Shown piece after piece: positions 25,780 to 36,272 of a stretch of DNA of 64,000 nt; position 1 is the stretch's first letter; the number at the start of each line of letters is the position of its first letter. Origin of the DNA: Cercozoa sp. M6MM (Eukaryota > Protista > Endomyxa: Ascetosporea). The stretch lies in NCBI GenBank assembly GCA_040357565.1, contig JBDODJ010000023.1, one strand, 5' to 3'. The notes beneath the pieces are model-generated. The model did no database searches and had not been told where the DNA came from. It was given only the letters and a program-made list of their open reading frames with translations. The position numbers and the translations under genes were made by a program.

Positions 25780-25815
<36 letters not shown>

Positions 25816-27102
25816 TGGGCCTATATCGCCGGCACAGGCGGCATGGCGTTCAACAGTGGTCAGTCGACACCGTACGGAGAAAAGTTTAGCACTGGCGATC
25901 GTGTGGGAGTGCTCGTCGATCTGGATGGTACTTTTCCCCTACCCCCTTACCTCCTACTCCCTTACCCCCTCCCCCTAACAGAAGGAACACTGGAATTCTT
26001 TCGAAACGGCGAGTCGCAAGGCGTTGCTTTTCGTAGGCTTTACTCCCTCCCTTTTACTCTCTCCTTTACCCCCTCTCATCCGCCAGGCAACGTGCGCGAG
26101 GTGGCAGTAGGCGTGGGCCACCGCGACTACGCGCGTCTGAGTTCGCGACTGCGAGCCGTGGTGTCCAAGGAGCGACAAGAGTCACTCGTCCGCGCGGACG
26201 AAGATGACGAAGACAAGGCTGTCGACGACGAGGTCAATCGACGCATGCCGACTCTGTTGCCAGTGGTGTTCCCGTGTGTCAGTGTCACTGGCACTGGCGC
26301 TCGACTGCGGATCTGCACCGTCCTTGATGTCGACGTAGGTACTACCCTCTACCCCCTACCCCCACCCCTACTCTCTTTACCTCTCCTCGTAGTGATAGCA
26401 GAGTACCGGCGGAAGCAGGAAGAACGGCAACTGCGAGCGGAGCGACTGGTGGCGTCACACGGCAACGTGTGGGACGCCGACCGCAGCAAGTGCACGCCGG
26501 GCATGCAGGTCGACCCTTCCTGTCCAGCACTGGTGAGCAACACCGACGACAGCAACAAGTGGCGCAGCATTGCCTCCGTGCTGACCTACTCGCGCGGCCG
26601 AAGATACTTTGAAGTGCAGATCGCGCGACTCACGGCCACCAGCAACACCTGGAAGATGTGCATTGGCGTCGTGCCGAAACACTTTGACTTCAAGCACCCC
26701 AAAGTCTGGGTCGGCGCTCAGCGCTCCTGGGCCTATATTGTTGGTACGGGGGGCAAGACCTTCAACAGCGGTAAGAGCTCCTCCTACGGACGCAATCTCA
26801 AAGCCAAGGTACACACGCATACCTGTACATGAATAGATACATGCATACACATATATCTATATATATATATATATGTGAATATACTGGTACAGGAAGGCGA
26901 CCGTGTCGGCGTACTGATGGACTTTGACAACTGCACGCTCGAGTTCTTCCTCAACGGCACACCGCTAGGCGAAGCCTTCGACAACCTCGCCGGGCCTGTG
27001 AGTGCAGCTGTCTCCATGACTGGCAACGGCTCACAAGCGCTCCTGGACGCCGCCGTCGAGTTCGATCCCGACAAGATGGAGCAACTCGTGCTCTTCCAAT
27101 AA
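23405..27102 (+). CDS. Protein with three SPRY/B30.2 domains and a possible Par3/HAL-like N-terminal domain (spans an assembly gap)
   Basis: SWAYIxGTGG...SG.S.PYG..F..GD.(I/V)G(I/V)L.D...T(L/V)EFF.NG.S.G.AF is repeated three times. N-terminus MKYRLHIDV...ICIPCGDDDADVAWLL. Confidence 0.85.
25680..25779. other. Assembly gap (100 N) next to a C-rich intron and a (TG)n run
   Basis: N run in the sequence; (TG)n follows at 25780-25811. Confidence 0.99.
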
Positions 27103-27138
27103 AAGCGAGGGGGTGACGCGCTCAGTTTGTTTTGTGCA

Positions 27139-27493
27139 CACGTGTCGTAAATCAAGCATTTTCGCGTGATCGCGATCAAACAGAAACACGTGGTTTTGAT
27201 GATCGTTTGACTACGGGTCGCTACATGTTTGCGATCACAAAACACGTGCACACGTGCTCGATCATGATCAACAGAGATGCCACGTGGTTCTGTGCTTCAG
27301 TACGTTATGAAATTGCCTGCTGATTACGTACGACAATAAAGTGTTGGCACGCGTGTGCGCTGGTCGGATAGCTTTCAGTGAGTGCTCGATTCGAAGGCTC
27401 GCGAATGGCCGGCTGAGAAGATGTCGGTTCAGCCTCACTGTGTGATTGAGTCACCCACTGAGCCGTTTTGATCAATTGCAACAATGCCACGTG
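27139..27493. promoter_or_regulatory. Cluster of six CACGTG (E-box/G-box) palindromes upstream of the 7TM gene
   Basis: CACGTG at 27139, 27187, 27243, 27251, 27281 and 27488. Function is inferred only. Confidence 0.4.
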
Positions 27494-27651
27494 CGTGTTC
27501 TGTCCTTTGTGAAACAACACAAAGCGCGCTTAAGACAGCGCACGGAGGGTTCTTAAGTATGCTTCAGTTACATTCGCACTCGAGCGCAACGGTTGCTGTT
27601 TCATTCGCAGTTTTGTAGACACGAGTTTTCTTTTGAGTGAATCGGCACAAC

Positions 27652-30186
27652 ATGACGTCTCGATTGCGTAAATTTACGGCTCTTCTGCTGGTGCATCTGG
27701 CGGTCAGCTGCGTCTCTGTGGTTTCACTCACTCTCTATTCTACAGAAATTTTAAAGCACGACTTGAAGGTTTTCCTGAAGCAGGTGCATGGAGGTGGCGT
27801 TGCCTCTAAGTACATGGACTCGGACAATGCCGACTTTGAAGCCAAACCTTCTGCTGGTACAGCTAAATGTCAATTTATAACTACTTCGTAGTTGAGGAAA
27901 GTGTTCATGTCTGTTTAGGTATGAGCGCTGCATGGATCGCACTCGTGCTGACGAATCTGTGCGCCTTTCTGCTGACTGGCACCATCTGTAAACTACCCCC
28001 CCCCCCCTCCCCCTGGATAATAAGTTATTATTATCCAGGGTTGTCGATTGCGACGAAACGGTCGTTACGCGAGCATCCGGACTTCATTGTGATTGGAAGT
28101 TACTCGTTCGGCGAGTTTCTACTGGAAGCAGGCTGCGGTCTGCAGTGCTTGTTAAACGTGGTGGCACAGCGCTTCTTTGGCAAGTAAGCTTGACTCCAGT
28201 TGAAAAATACAAACGAACAGGCTTTTAAGCGTGTCCGAAACAGGTCGACAGCGTGTCTGGTGGAGGCTCTGTTCCATGCGTGGGCCATGATCTCACTGCA
28301 AATGCTTCTCGTCCTTGTCGGTACTGTACATGTACAGTTAACAGTGTCAGTAAATTTCTTGGTATTGATAATAAACAACTGAACTGAACTGACTTTAATT
28401 TAGTGTTACACACGCAACGCAAGCTCAAGACATACAGTTTGAATCCGTGTATGCTTGTCTTTCTAGCTGAGACTGAATTCGGTGGAATTTACTTCGTCCC
28501 ACAGGGAGTGCTAAATTCGCACGTCGTCTTTGTTTGGCGGTTTTCGCCTTCAGCGCTCTCGCACTTTGTGTGCTCGTTTTAGCCACTCCCACTGGGTACA
28601 GTAGTTGAAGTTTCAGTATGTCTAATATGAGTATCTTGAACTGCGTTCTGATAGGGGTTCTGGCTCGACCAAGATTTGGCTTATGGACTCGGGCGTCTAC
28701 TGGTACCATTAGCCCTGTACAGATACTGCTTTGTGTTTACTCCCTTTGTGGCATTGGAACTGCAGTTTTGTGTCGTTCGCCTCCCTCACGTCGCGTGTTA
28801 TTCTGTACCTGTATTTGATCATGACTTATCAGTTTTACCTTTTGAACTTAAACCGGCACAGTGTGCCCATCACGGTGATTTCTGTTGTCTCCATTATCCT
28901 TCTTTACGTCGATATCGGTAAATTTATGATCAGTGTTGTTATTTTCACTTTTACTGCAGATGGTGTTTTTATTCAGACCGACGTGCGCGCGCGAGTCATG
29001 AGATCGCAGGTGGCACACCAGGTCGCGCAAGCAACACGCGCACTTCGACAGCGCACCAGAGCAGCGGTCAACAGCAGGCACAGACAACCGAGGAGTCACC
29101 AGTGTCGTGTTGGAAGTCGCTTCTTCAGTTTGGCGGCACCACCAATGTCGACTCTGTTGAGTGGGTTTATTCTATATTGTGCGCTGCGACGCTGTTAGCT
29201 TTATCCGGTCGGTGTGAGCAGTGTCTCGGTAAGCAACAACGACAGCACTACGCACGGGTCGTCACTGAGACACAAGTTGCGTCGTCGACTCGCTGGCACT
29301 CTGTCCAGGTAGGGCACTCTTGAGATGTACTTGTAGTTTCGACATTTATGCTGTAAATTAGATCCCGTATTCGAATGACGGTAGTAGTTGCAGTGTTTAT
29401 GGTAAAACATTCTTGTTTCGGCGTGTCTGGTATGATAGTAATACCGGTTAGTAATTTAGATTTGCTTCTTGCCTCTGGTCGGTGCGTTCCTATGGTCGAG
29501 TTTCACGGTACTTTGTCAGTTGGGGTACAGTAGCGGCCATTGACTCTGTGGAATACTCAGGGCGAGCGACCTAGCGGCGCTGTTGACGTCTGGTTCGGCC
29601 TCAGTTTGCACGTGAGTCACTGTTTCGCCGTCGCCCTTTCCTTAGGACTGCAAATTTACTTGTGTCTGCACAGTTGCACGGCACTCTGTCGAGTATCTTC
29701 ATGCTGATGTGGCACCCGCAACTGCGCAAGGCTGCCAAGGACTTGCTGCCGCAGTGCTGTATTGATTTGATCTGTTCTGTAAGTTCTGTCAGAGTGAGGT
29801 GCAATGTTTAGTGGTGCGACGTGACACATTATCGCCTCGTCAATTCTCGAGTAAATTGATTTCTATGTCGTGTCCTAACACTTACTACCTCAATCAACAG
29901 AGCGAGCAATGTCGCGCAAACTCAACACATCGATTGCAATGGCAAAATTGGGACCAAATGTACCCTAGTCTCCTGCCAAATATCACCTGTGGGTATATGT
30001 GCGATATTTCAGTGCACACTGACACAAACTGCCATCGACGAGGAGGACAGCACAGGTGCCAGCAGTGTCTGCGAGGACTACTGGCCACCGTCTCCTGCTG
30101 TCTCTGACGTCAAACTCGATCCAGAGGAAGCGGACCGCAGCCGGACCTTGCAAATAAACATCCAAGTCACTTCGGACCAGGAGTGA
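27652..30186 (+). CDS. Multi-pass (probably 7TM, GPCR-like) membrane protein
   Basis: Successive hydrophobic exons (FTALLLVHLAVSCVSV; AAWIALVLTNLCAFLL; LFHAWAMISLQMLLVLV; VPITVISVVSIILLYV; MTVVVAVFM). The last helix LHGTLSSIFMLMWHPQLRKAAK is followed by a CC motif and an acidic tail. Confidence 0.55.
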
Positions 30187-30645
30187 GACTTTGAACTGAC
30201 TGAACTGATCATGACGCGACGTGATTGGAACTGACTGATTTATTATGTTTGAGTGGTATTATTGCAACGCAAAATTGTCGGACGATGAATAGAGTTCGAG
30301 AATTGAGACCAACCGGCAACCGGGTGTGGCATGCCAGTGAGCGCTGTACGCTGCACTGGAGCTGCGCGAGCGTTGGTTTCTTGCTTTGGTTCGACTAGCC
30401 GTGCCGTTGTGTGGAGAAAACCCATGGCTAATGTTGCAGGTGACAAGAACGCCTGTAAGTTGGTTCTGTACAAAATAAGTTTAAAACTCCGAACTCGGAT
30501 TGCCTGCGAGCACGTGCTGCCATGTGCTTGCCTGGGGCTGCCGGATCTTACGGATACTGTATCGCTAACCGGACCGTCGTGGCATACTTTACGAACGAGT
30601 AGAAAGAGCAGGTCAATTATCGTGAAAACTCGTTGTACGTTAAAT

Positions 30646-33600
30646 ATGGAGTTTTGCTCGGCACTGTCGGTGGCTCTGACGACACTGCTGGTCGGCGTGA
30701 GTTGCTTTGTTGCGGCGACGACGTGTCCGGTAAAGAATCCTGCGCTATACTGCCGTGGGTATGTAGTTTCAGTTATTGATAATATAGAAGTTGGAACTGG
30801 ACCTTCACGGCATCGAACCGAGCCAAGTTTCCGCAGCATTGTACGCAGCGCTGAGTCAGCTGGATCGAGCACAGACGCTTTGCGTGGAATTGAGAGTGAT
30901 TTGTGGGCATGGTCGTCCCTGGGTGTCCGTGCTTGGGGATGCTCGAAGCAACAAAGAACTTCGCACGCCGCCGGTTGTCATCAAGGCGCTGAATCGACTG
31001 CTTGAACGAAAATACACCACGGAGAAATCGAAGGCAGAGGACATTCAACTCGGGATTGACGAGTTGCGCGCTTCTTTTTCTCCAAAGGTAAAAGACAACA
31101 TCACTCCTGGGGCAGCCTGTTTTCTCTGCCTCTTACAAAGTTGGCAACCGCTGGATGTAAACGTAGGTGAAGTACATCCAGCGCGAAGATCGATCAGCCG
31201 AAACCACACACAGAATGATGTACAGGGCGAGGCAGGCCATCTTGGTAGTTTTCAGTTTTATAGGTTGGTTGGGAAGAGATAGTGATGTTGCTTTGCAAAA
31301 AGGACATTGCTGAAGCCGAAGGAAGCACAGTAGATTTTGCTTTGGAGAGCAAAAGTAGCGTCGCCGCGCTGCTCCCTTCGTCGTTGAATTCCTGGAATGA
31401 CGGCGTTCTTCGAGTCTTTTTAAAGTAAGTTTACAGGTGCAAACTTGTCCCTTTGTGTTTGAAGAAGCAACGCTTTGAATCTTTTCGAAAGGTGTCGCGC
31501 CGGTGCGGAGGGTATAGATGCGACGACTCCTGCTGGGGATACGTCAGGTAGTTGGGCCACAGTCGAAGCGCTTTTGCGCAAGTTTTGGCAGGTGCAAGTC
31601 GCGCTTGACTTTCTTTGGGAAAGGTAAAAACAGTGCGTCTTTGGCAGGGCGTTGGTTTACTATTTTCCATGTCCTTTCAACTCAAAGACAACAAGACGGA
31701 TCGCTACAACAAGAGCAACTAGCTTTGTTGACCGAAAAGAAGGCCAAAGCGAGCGAACGGTTTCAGACAGAGCTTTTGGCTAGACAAGGCGCCATCGAAA
31801 CAGAAGAGAGACAGCTGGAAGCGAAGCGACAAGAGGCACACTTGTTTGCCCAGGCAGCGCACGAAACCTTTCAACAAGACTTTAGCCGCGAGTTGCTCGA
31901 CGTTTTGCGGATGCAACAGGCGGCACTCACGGCAGCAACACTCACGCCATCTCCCGCACAAATTCAGGCGAAGGAACGACTGAAGACTTGGTCTGAACTC
32001 AAGCTTGACTCTCCCGATCCGCGGATTCGACAGGTATAGGATTACAGCTAAACTGGTGCTTCTGTAACTCCAGTCGAGTTGCTTTCAGGCAAATGAAGCG
32101 TTTAACAAGTTCGCGCAGACAGTGTCAGAGAAGTGGGCTGCTGTTGGAGAGCAGTTTGAAGGCCTCCACAGCAAAGCGCTGTCGGGCGAACTTTGGCATC
32201 AGTGGTCAGCACCTGTCGTGAACAAGATGCTCAGGACCAAGTTTGGTGCAGCTCCTGGCGCAGACGAAAAAGTCTTTCAAGCCCGCACCGGGCTTGAGCA
32301 GCGCTTCGTTAAGAAGATACCAATCCCGCAAGTCCTGCCTCGATCGGATCTATTAGCCTACGCGAATCGCCAATTGTTGTGGAGAAAAGAAGCGCATTCC
32401 GGCGTGTTGCTCGACAACGGCGAAGTGGCACAGGCACAGTCAAATGCCACGCACTTACTTGGGGTCTTTAGCACCTTCTTCATGAAGAGTCGACCATGTG
32501 TTGAAGGCATGAAGGACAAGCTAGTTGGCTTGTTCAGTCACTGGCTTCTGGCTTCTGTTGGTATCTTTGACTCTGTAACTTTTAGCGTTAGAAGAACGCT
32601 CAATGAATGGTTGTGAGTGAGTAGAGCGCGCACGTGAGATACAAGGCTTCTGGCGGAGTGAAGTGCTGCGCATCGAACAGATTCGCGTGGCGGTGCTTCG
32701 CGAAGCAGCTCGTCTTGTATCCCTGCAGACCTCGCCGGCGTGGCCCTCCCTGTCCAAAAAAGCTACGAGTGAGGATATCTACGAGTTTATCGACGCATGC
32801 AGCGAGTTAGCGACAATGCAAGCGCAAGCTGAGGTGGAACGGACCCTACAGGTCGCCAAAGACCTTTGGGAACGTGCCATGTCTCAGGAGGTCAGTGAAT
32901 ACAGCTTCTCATTCAATTCAACTGAGCTGATGACCTCAAGTGTATGATGTGGCTTTTATTTTAACACACAGAGAGTGTATGAGGTGGCTGAAATCTTGTT
33001 GGACGACCTGTTGTTGCTTCTGAAACCTGCTGCTATCGACACCGATCAACTCTACAGTGTCGCTGCAGAGTCAGTTGCATTGCCTTTGGCAGCACAATCA
33101 GGTTCAACAAATTAAAGGTTTAGCCGTGAGGGCACTTAACTTTTCCAGTTGGGACCGTGTCATATTGCCAGGTGACGCTGCTTTCAAGTTCTTCATGCTG
33201 CGTCCGAGCTTGCGCGACTATACTGAGTCGTCCGACAAATCCTTGTTCGCGCTCGTATCGCCACTCAAAGCACTCGCTCTCTTTAGCATTGTATCACTGC
33301 CTCAAAACCTGCTATTGACTGCCATTAGACACTTTTGGCAGGCTTTGGAGGAGACTGTGACCCAATTGTTCGACCGTGAACGATTCGAAAGCAAAGTTGA
33401 AGAATACGTGAGTGGTCTTAACAGAAGCGTCGCTGCTTACGCACAGACTACTGCAGCGGTTCTAATTTACAGTATCTATTTAAAAAAACATGCTCGTTGC
33501 TTTTGTACTTGCCCCCCCCCCCCCCCGTAGGATATCAGATTTGCCGAAGCCCGCAGCAAGACCAGAGTACGAGCAACCGAAGTGTTGGAAACCCTCGTGC

Positions 33601-34313
33601 CTTCGGCAAATGTGAAGGCTACCGGTGCTCGCAGGTACGTTATCTTTATCCTGTACTAGCACAGATACAGGTAAGATTTACTTATATGTCTTTCGGTCGG
33701 AGCAGGAGACACGAAGTTACGAGGGCTCAGCATAAGCAACGCTTCCTGGGCCTGATGGATGAATTGGCCCGCGTGTCAACCGTCGCCGAAGTTTCCACCC
33801 ACGCACTCCAGTGGTTGTGTCGGCCAGAGCATGTGCCACTCACGCCAGCACACTCAGAACTACGAGCGTTGTGCCGTTTGGCACCGGCTTTGGGTGACCC
33901 AGTGCGTTTGCTGACAACAAGTTGTCTGCTGCAACTGGACTTGCAGCTGAGTCTCCAGCACTGGCATTCCGAAGGTGTGGAAATCTTCGACAAACGCGTT
34001 CTTGTCGACTGGGCTTTGGAGCACGTGCACCAAGAAGTGCTTAGAATACCGCAGAAGCGCCTACTTTTCTCAACCTTGGTACGGTTCAAGCAATCAAACT
34101 CCTGTATCCGTCTGCAGCCTGGCACTATTTTGTTTGGGTGTCCTGCAGCCAGGAGTCTACATGCGTTGGATAGTTTGGGGAGAATCGCGCTGCGTTGAGG
34201 TCATGGAAGGAACTGAGCCCTACTCCACCGTGGTTCTGCCGTTAGAACAGCTGGGACTCATGATGGTGCCGCATTCGCACCAACTCGCGAATTCGGCCGC
34301 TGTCCCGACTTGA
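30646..34313 (+). CDS. Signal peptide + Smr domain + long helical/coiled-coil protein
   Basis: MEFCSALSVALTTLLVGVSCFVAATTCP| (phase-0 intron 30730-30787) KLELDLHGIEPSQVSAALYAALSQL...LRVICGHG carries the Smr LDLHG and V(I/T)xGxG motifs. Downstream exons include an E/Q/K coiled-coil. Confidence 0.65.
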
Positions 34314-34344
34314 ACTCTCTCTGGAATTACTGTATGATACTTGC

Positions 34345-34405
34345 GCAAAAGTACCCTCAATTTACCAAGGCCCAAAGCCCAACTTGCAATTGAGAGGGCT
34401 GCGGT
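34345..34405. repeat. Dispersed repeat, copy 2 (copy 1 at 6247-6299)
   Basis: Same two conserved blocks as copy 1, with a different spacer. Confidence 0.8.
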
Positions 34406-34578
34406 GTCACCCGGCTGCGGGAACTCTTACTCCGGATCCATCGTTCAGACCCTTCAGTGCTAGTGTTCTGCTTCTGTGCTGCTACTATGGCACAAACTGC
34501 TACTTTCGTGTGCGTGCACGTGTGACGTCGGTCGATTAAAAAAAAACAATTGGGAACTAAATTTAAATGTATGTTGAT

Positions 34579-35211
34579 GTGAGATTGTCAATTTTAGGGA
34601 AGTATTAATGTTTAATTTCGTGTTCGTTCGACGCCTCATTAAACCGAAAGGTATCAGAAGAGAGGAGGTTATCCCGAGGTAGGACCGTCATTACAGTTGA
34701 GAGTGTTAAGAGGTTTGTTCGATGATGAACAAAAAGAAAGAGGGCTGTTTCAGTTCTTGCAGCAGTTTCGAGCTGCTCGCCACTCAGCTCTCAACCATAG
34801 CCGAGCAAAACACTTCTGTTGATTGTGAGATTGTCAATTTTAGTGAAGACACCGACTAAAGAAAAGTAAGAATGTAAGTTTAAGGTCGTTTAGTTTAGTG
34901 TTCGTTCGACGTCTCAATAAACCGAAAGATATCAGAAGAGAGAAAGTTACCCCAAGGTAGGGCCGTCGTTACAGTTGAGAGTGTTGAGAGGCTTGTTCGA
35001 TGATGAACAAAAGAAAAAAACCTCTTGCCTGCTCAAGCTAGAGCAAGTCAGTTGCTTTGGTGTCAACAAGTACAGTATCCCTTGAGGTACCTGGTATGGG
35101 AAAGAGGGCCTTTATTCAATTCTGCTCGCCACTCTACCAAACACAGGGTGTGCCAAGCTAGGCAGCACTCAATTGTTAGGTTACCAGCTCTCAACCTTAG
35201 CAAAACACTTC
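34579..35211. repeat. Degenerate tandem duplication of a ~250-bp non-coding unit
   Basis: GTGAGATTGTCAATTTTAG...GTGTTCGTTCGACG...AAACCGAAAG.TATCAGAAGAGA...TTACAGTTGAGAGTGTT...TTGTTCGATGATGAACAAAA occurs at ~34579-34740 and ~34825-35020. CTGCTCGCCACTC and CAGCTCTCAACC are also repeated. Confidence 0.85.
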
Positions 35212-35379
35212 AATTCTTATTTTGCATGACTGATACGATAACTGCTTCCACGCGGAGCAAGCGAAGTAGTCAGCCGAGTAGGTTGTTTGATGTTGACAGT
35301 AACAACTAGCGACGCGACGGTACTGCACGGACGGCGCTGTGTTGTTTCGGATCGGATGCGAGGCTTCCCCGTCCACTGA

Positions 35380-36235
35380 CTACCTAGAATATTCTAGAGG
35401 GTATTCTAGAATAGAAGCAGCTTTCTGCGCTTGTTCTAGAATACGCAAAGAAACTAGAGTGATCTAGGGCTCCGCTCGGTTGTTCTAGACCCCGAGCGGA
35501 CAAAACTAGAACAAGCAAGGCCAGCGCCCAGAAAAATCCCACGCTCTAAGAACACTGAAACTATTCTAGAGTAGCACTAAGCTTGCTTAGAACGAGACCA
35601 GGATGTCGCATCGAAAATCCCACGCTCTAAAAACACCGGAACTATTCTAGAGTAGCACTAAGCTGACTTAGAATGAAGGAGACCGGATTCAAGGTCAACT
35701 TCAAGAAATCCAACGCTCTACATCTTAAAAATACATGATCTGTACTAAGTGAATGTACCGTGTTTACCAGGAGACCGATCTGTCTGTCTACGAAGACACC
35801 TATCTTCCGGAGGTTCGCAACTTCGTTCAACGTGTCATCAGCACTGTCAACCAGCTGCGAGTATGTTTCTATTTTGTTCCTGGGCGGTCTCTTCTATCCA
35901 TGCGCTTCTCTTGTTGTACAGGACGGGTGGAGCCAAACCAAGACAATAGACGACCGCCCAGACACGTCTCCGTGCGCGTGAGTGTTGTGTGCGAGACTGG
36001 GGCAGTGTGTCTCTTGCCTGGAGCAGCGCCAGGTGTGGCGCTGTTCTAGTCGGTGACACTGTTCTAGAACCAAGACAGTCGACATCGTCTATTCTAGAAC
36101 AAAGACGCCTGTTCTAGAACAAGTTATATTCATGTGACCATTCTAGAATAACAGCGTTCCTATCATTCTAGAATATCGGTACAAATTAGAACGGTTCTAA
36201 AACGTTAATATTTTTAGTTAGAATGATCTAGGATA
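35380..36235. repeat. TTCTAGA(A)-rich element: two palindrome clusters, an ~82-bp tandem repeat and weak inverted ends
   Basis: About 12 TTCTAG sites. GAAAATCCCACGCTCTAA.AACAC..AACTATTCTAGAGTAGCACTAAGCT occurs twice (~35531, ~35614). Ends CCTAGAATATTCTA / TAGAATGATCTAGG. Confidence 0.75.
35753..35981 (+). CDS. Putative two-exon micro-protein (~55 aa) or gene fragment inside the TTCTAGAA element
   Basis: MYRVYQETDLSVYEDTYLPEVRNFVQRVISTVNQLR|DGWSQTKTIDDRPDTSPCA* with a clean gtatgt...gtacag phase-0 intron. Confidence 0.4.
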
Positions 36236-36272
36236 TCAGTGCACGGGGCTTAAACTCCGATGCGAGTAGCCG

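Noticed and set aside
35531-35690. CRISPR-like repeat-spacer pattern
   Set aside because: Only two near-complete ~82-bp tandem units without unique spacers, in a eukaryotic context with no cas genes.
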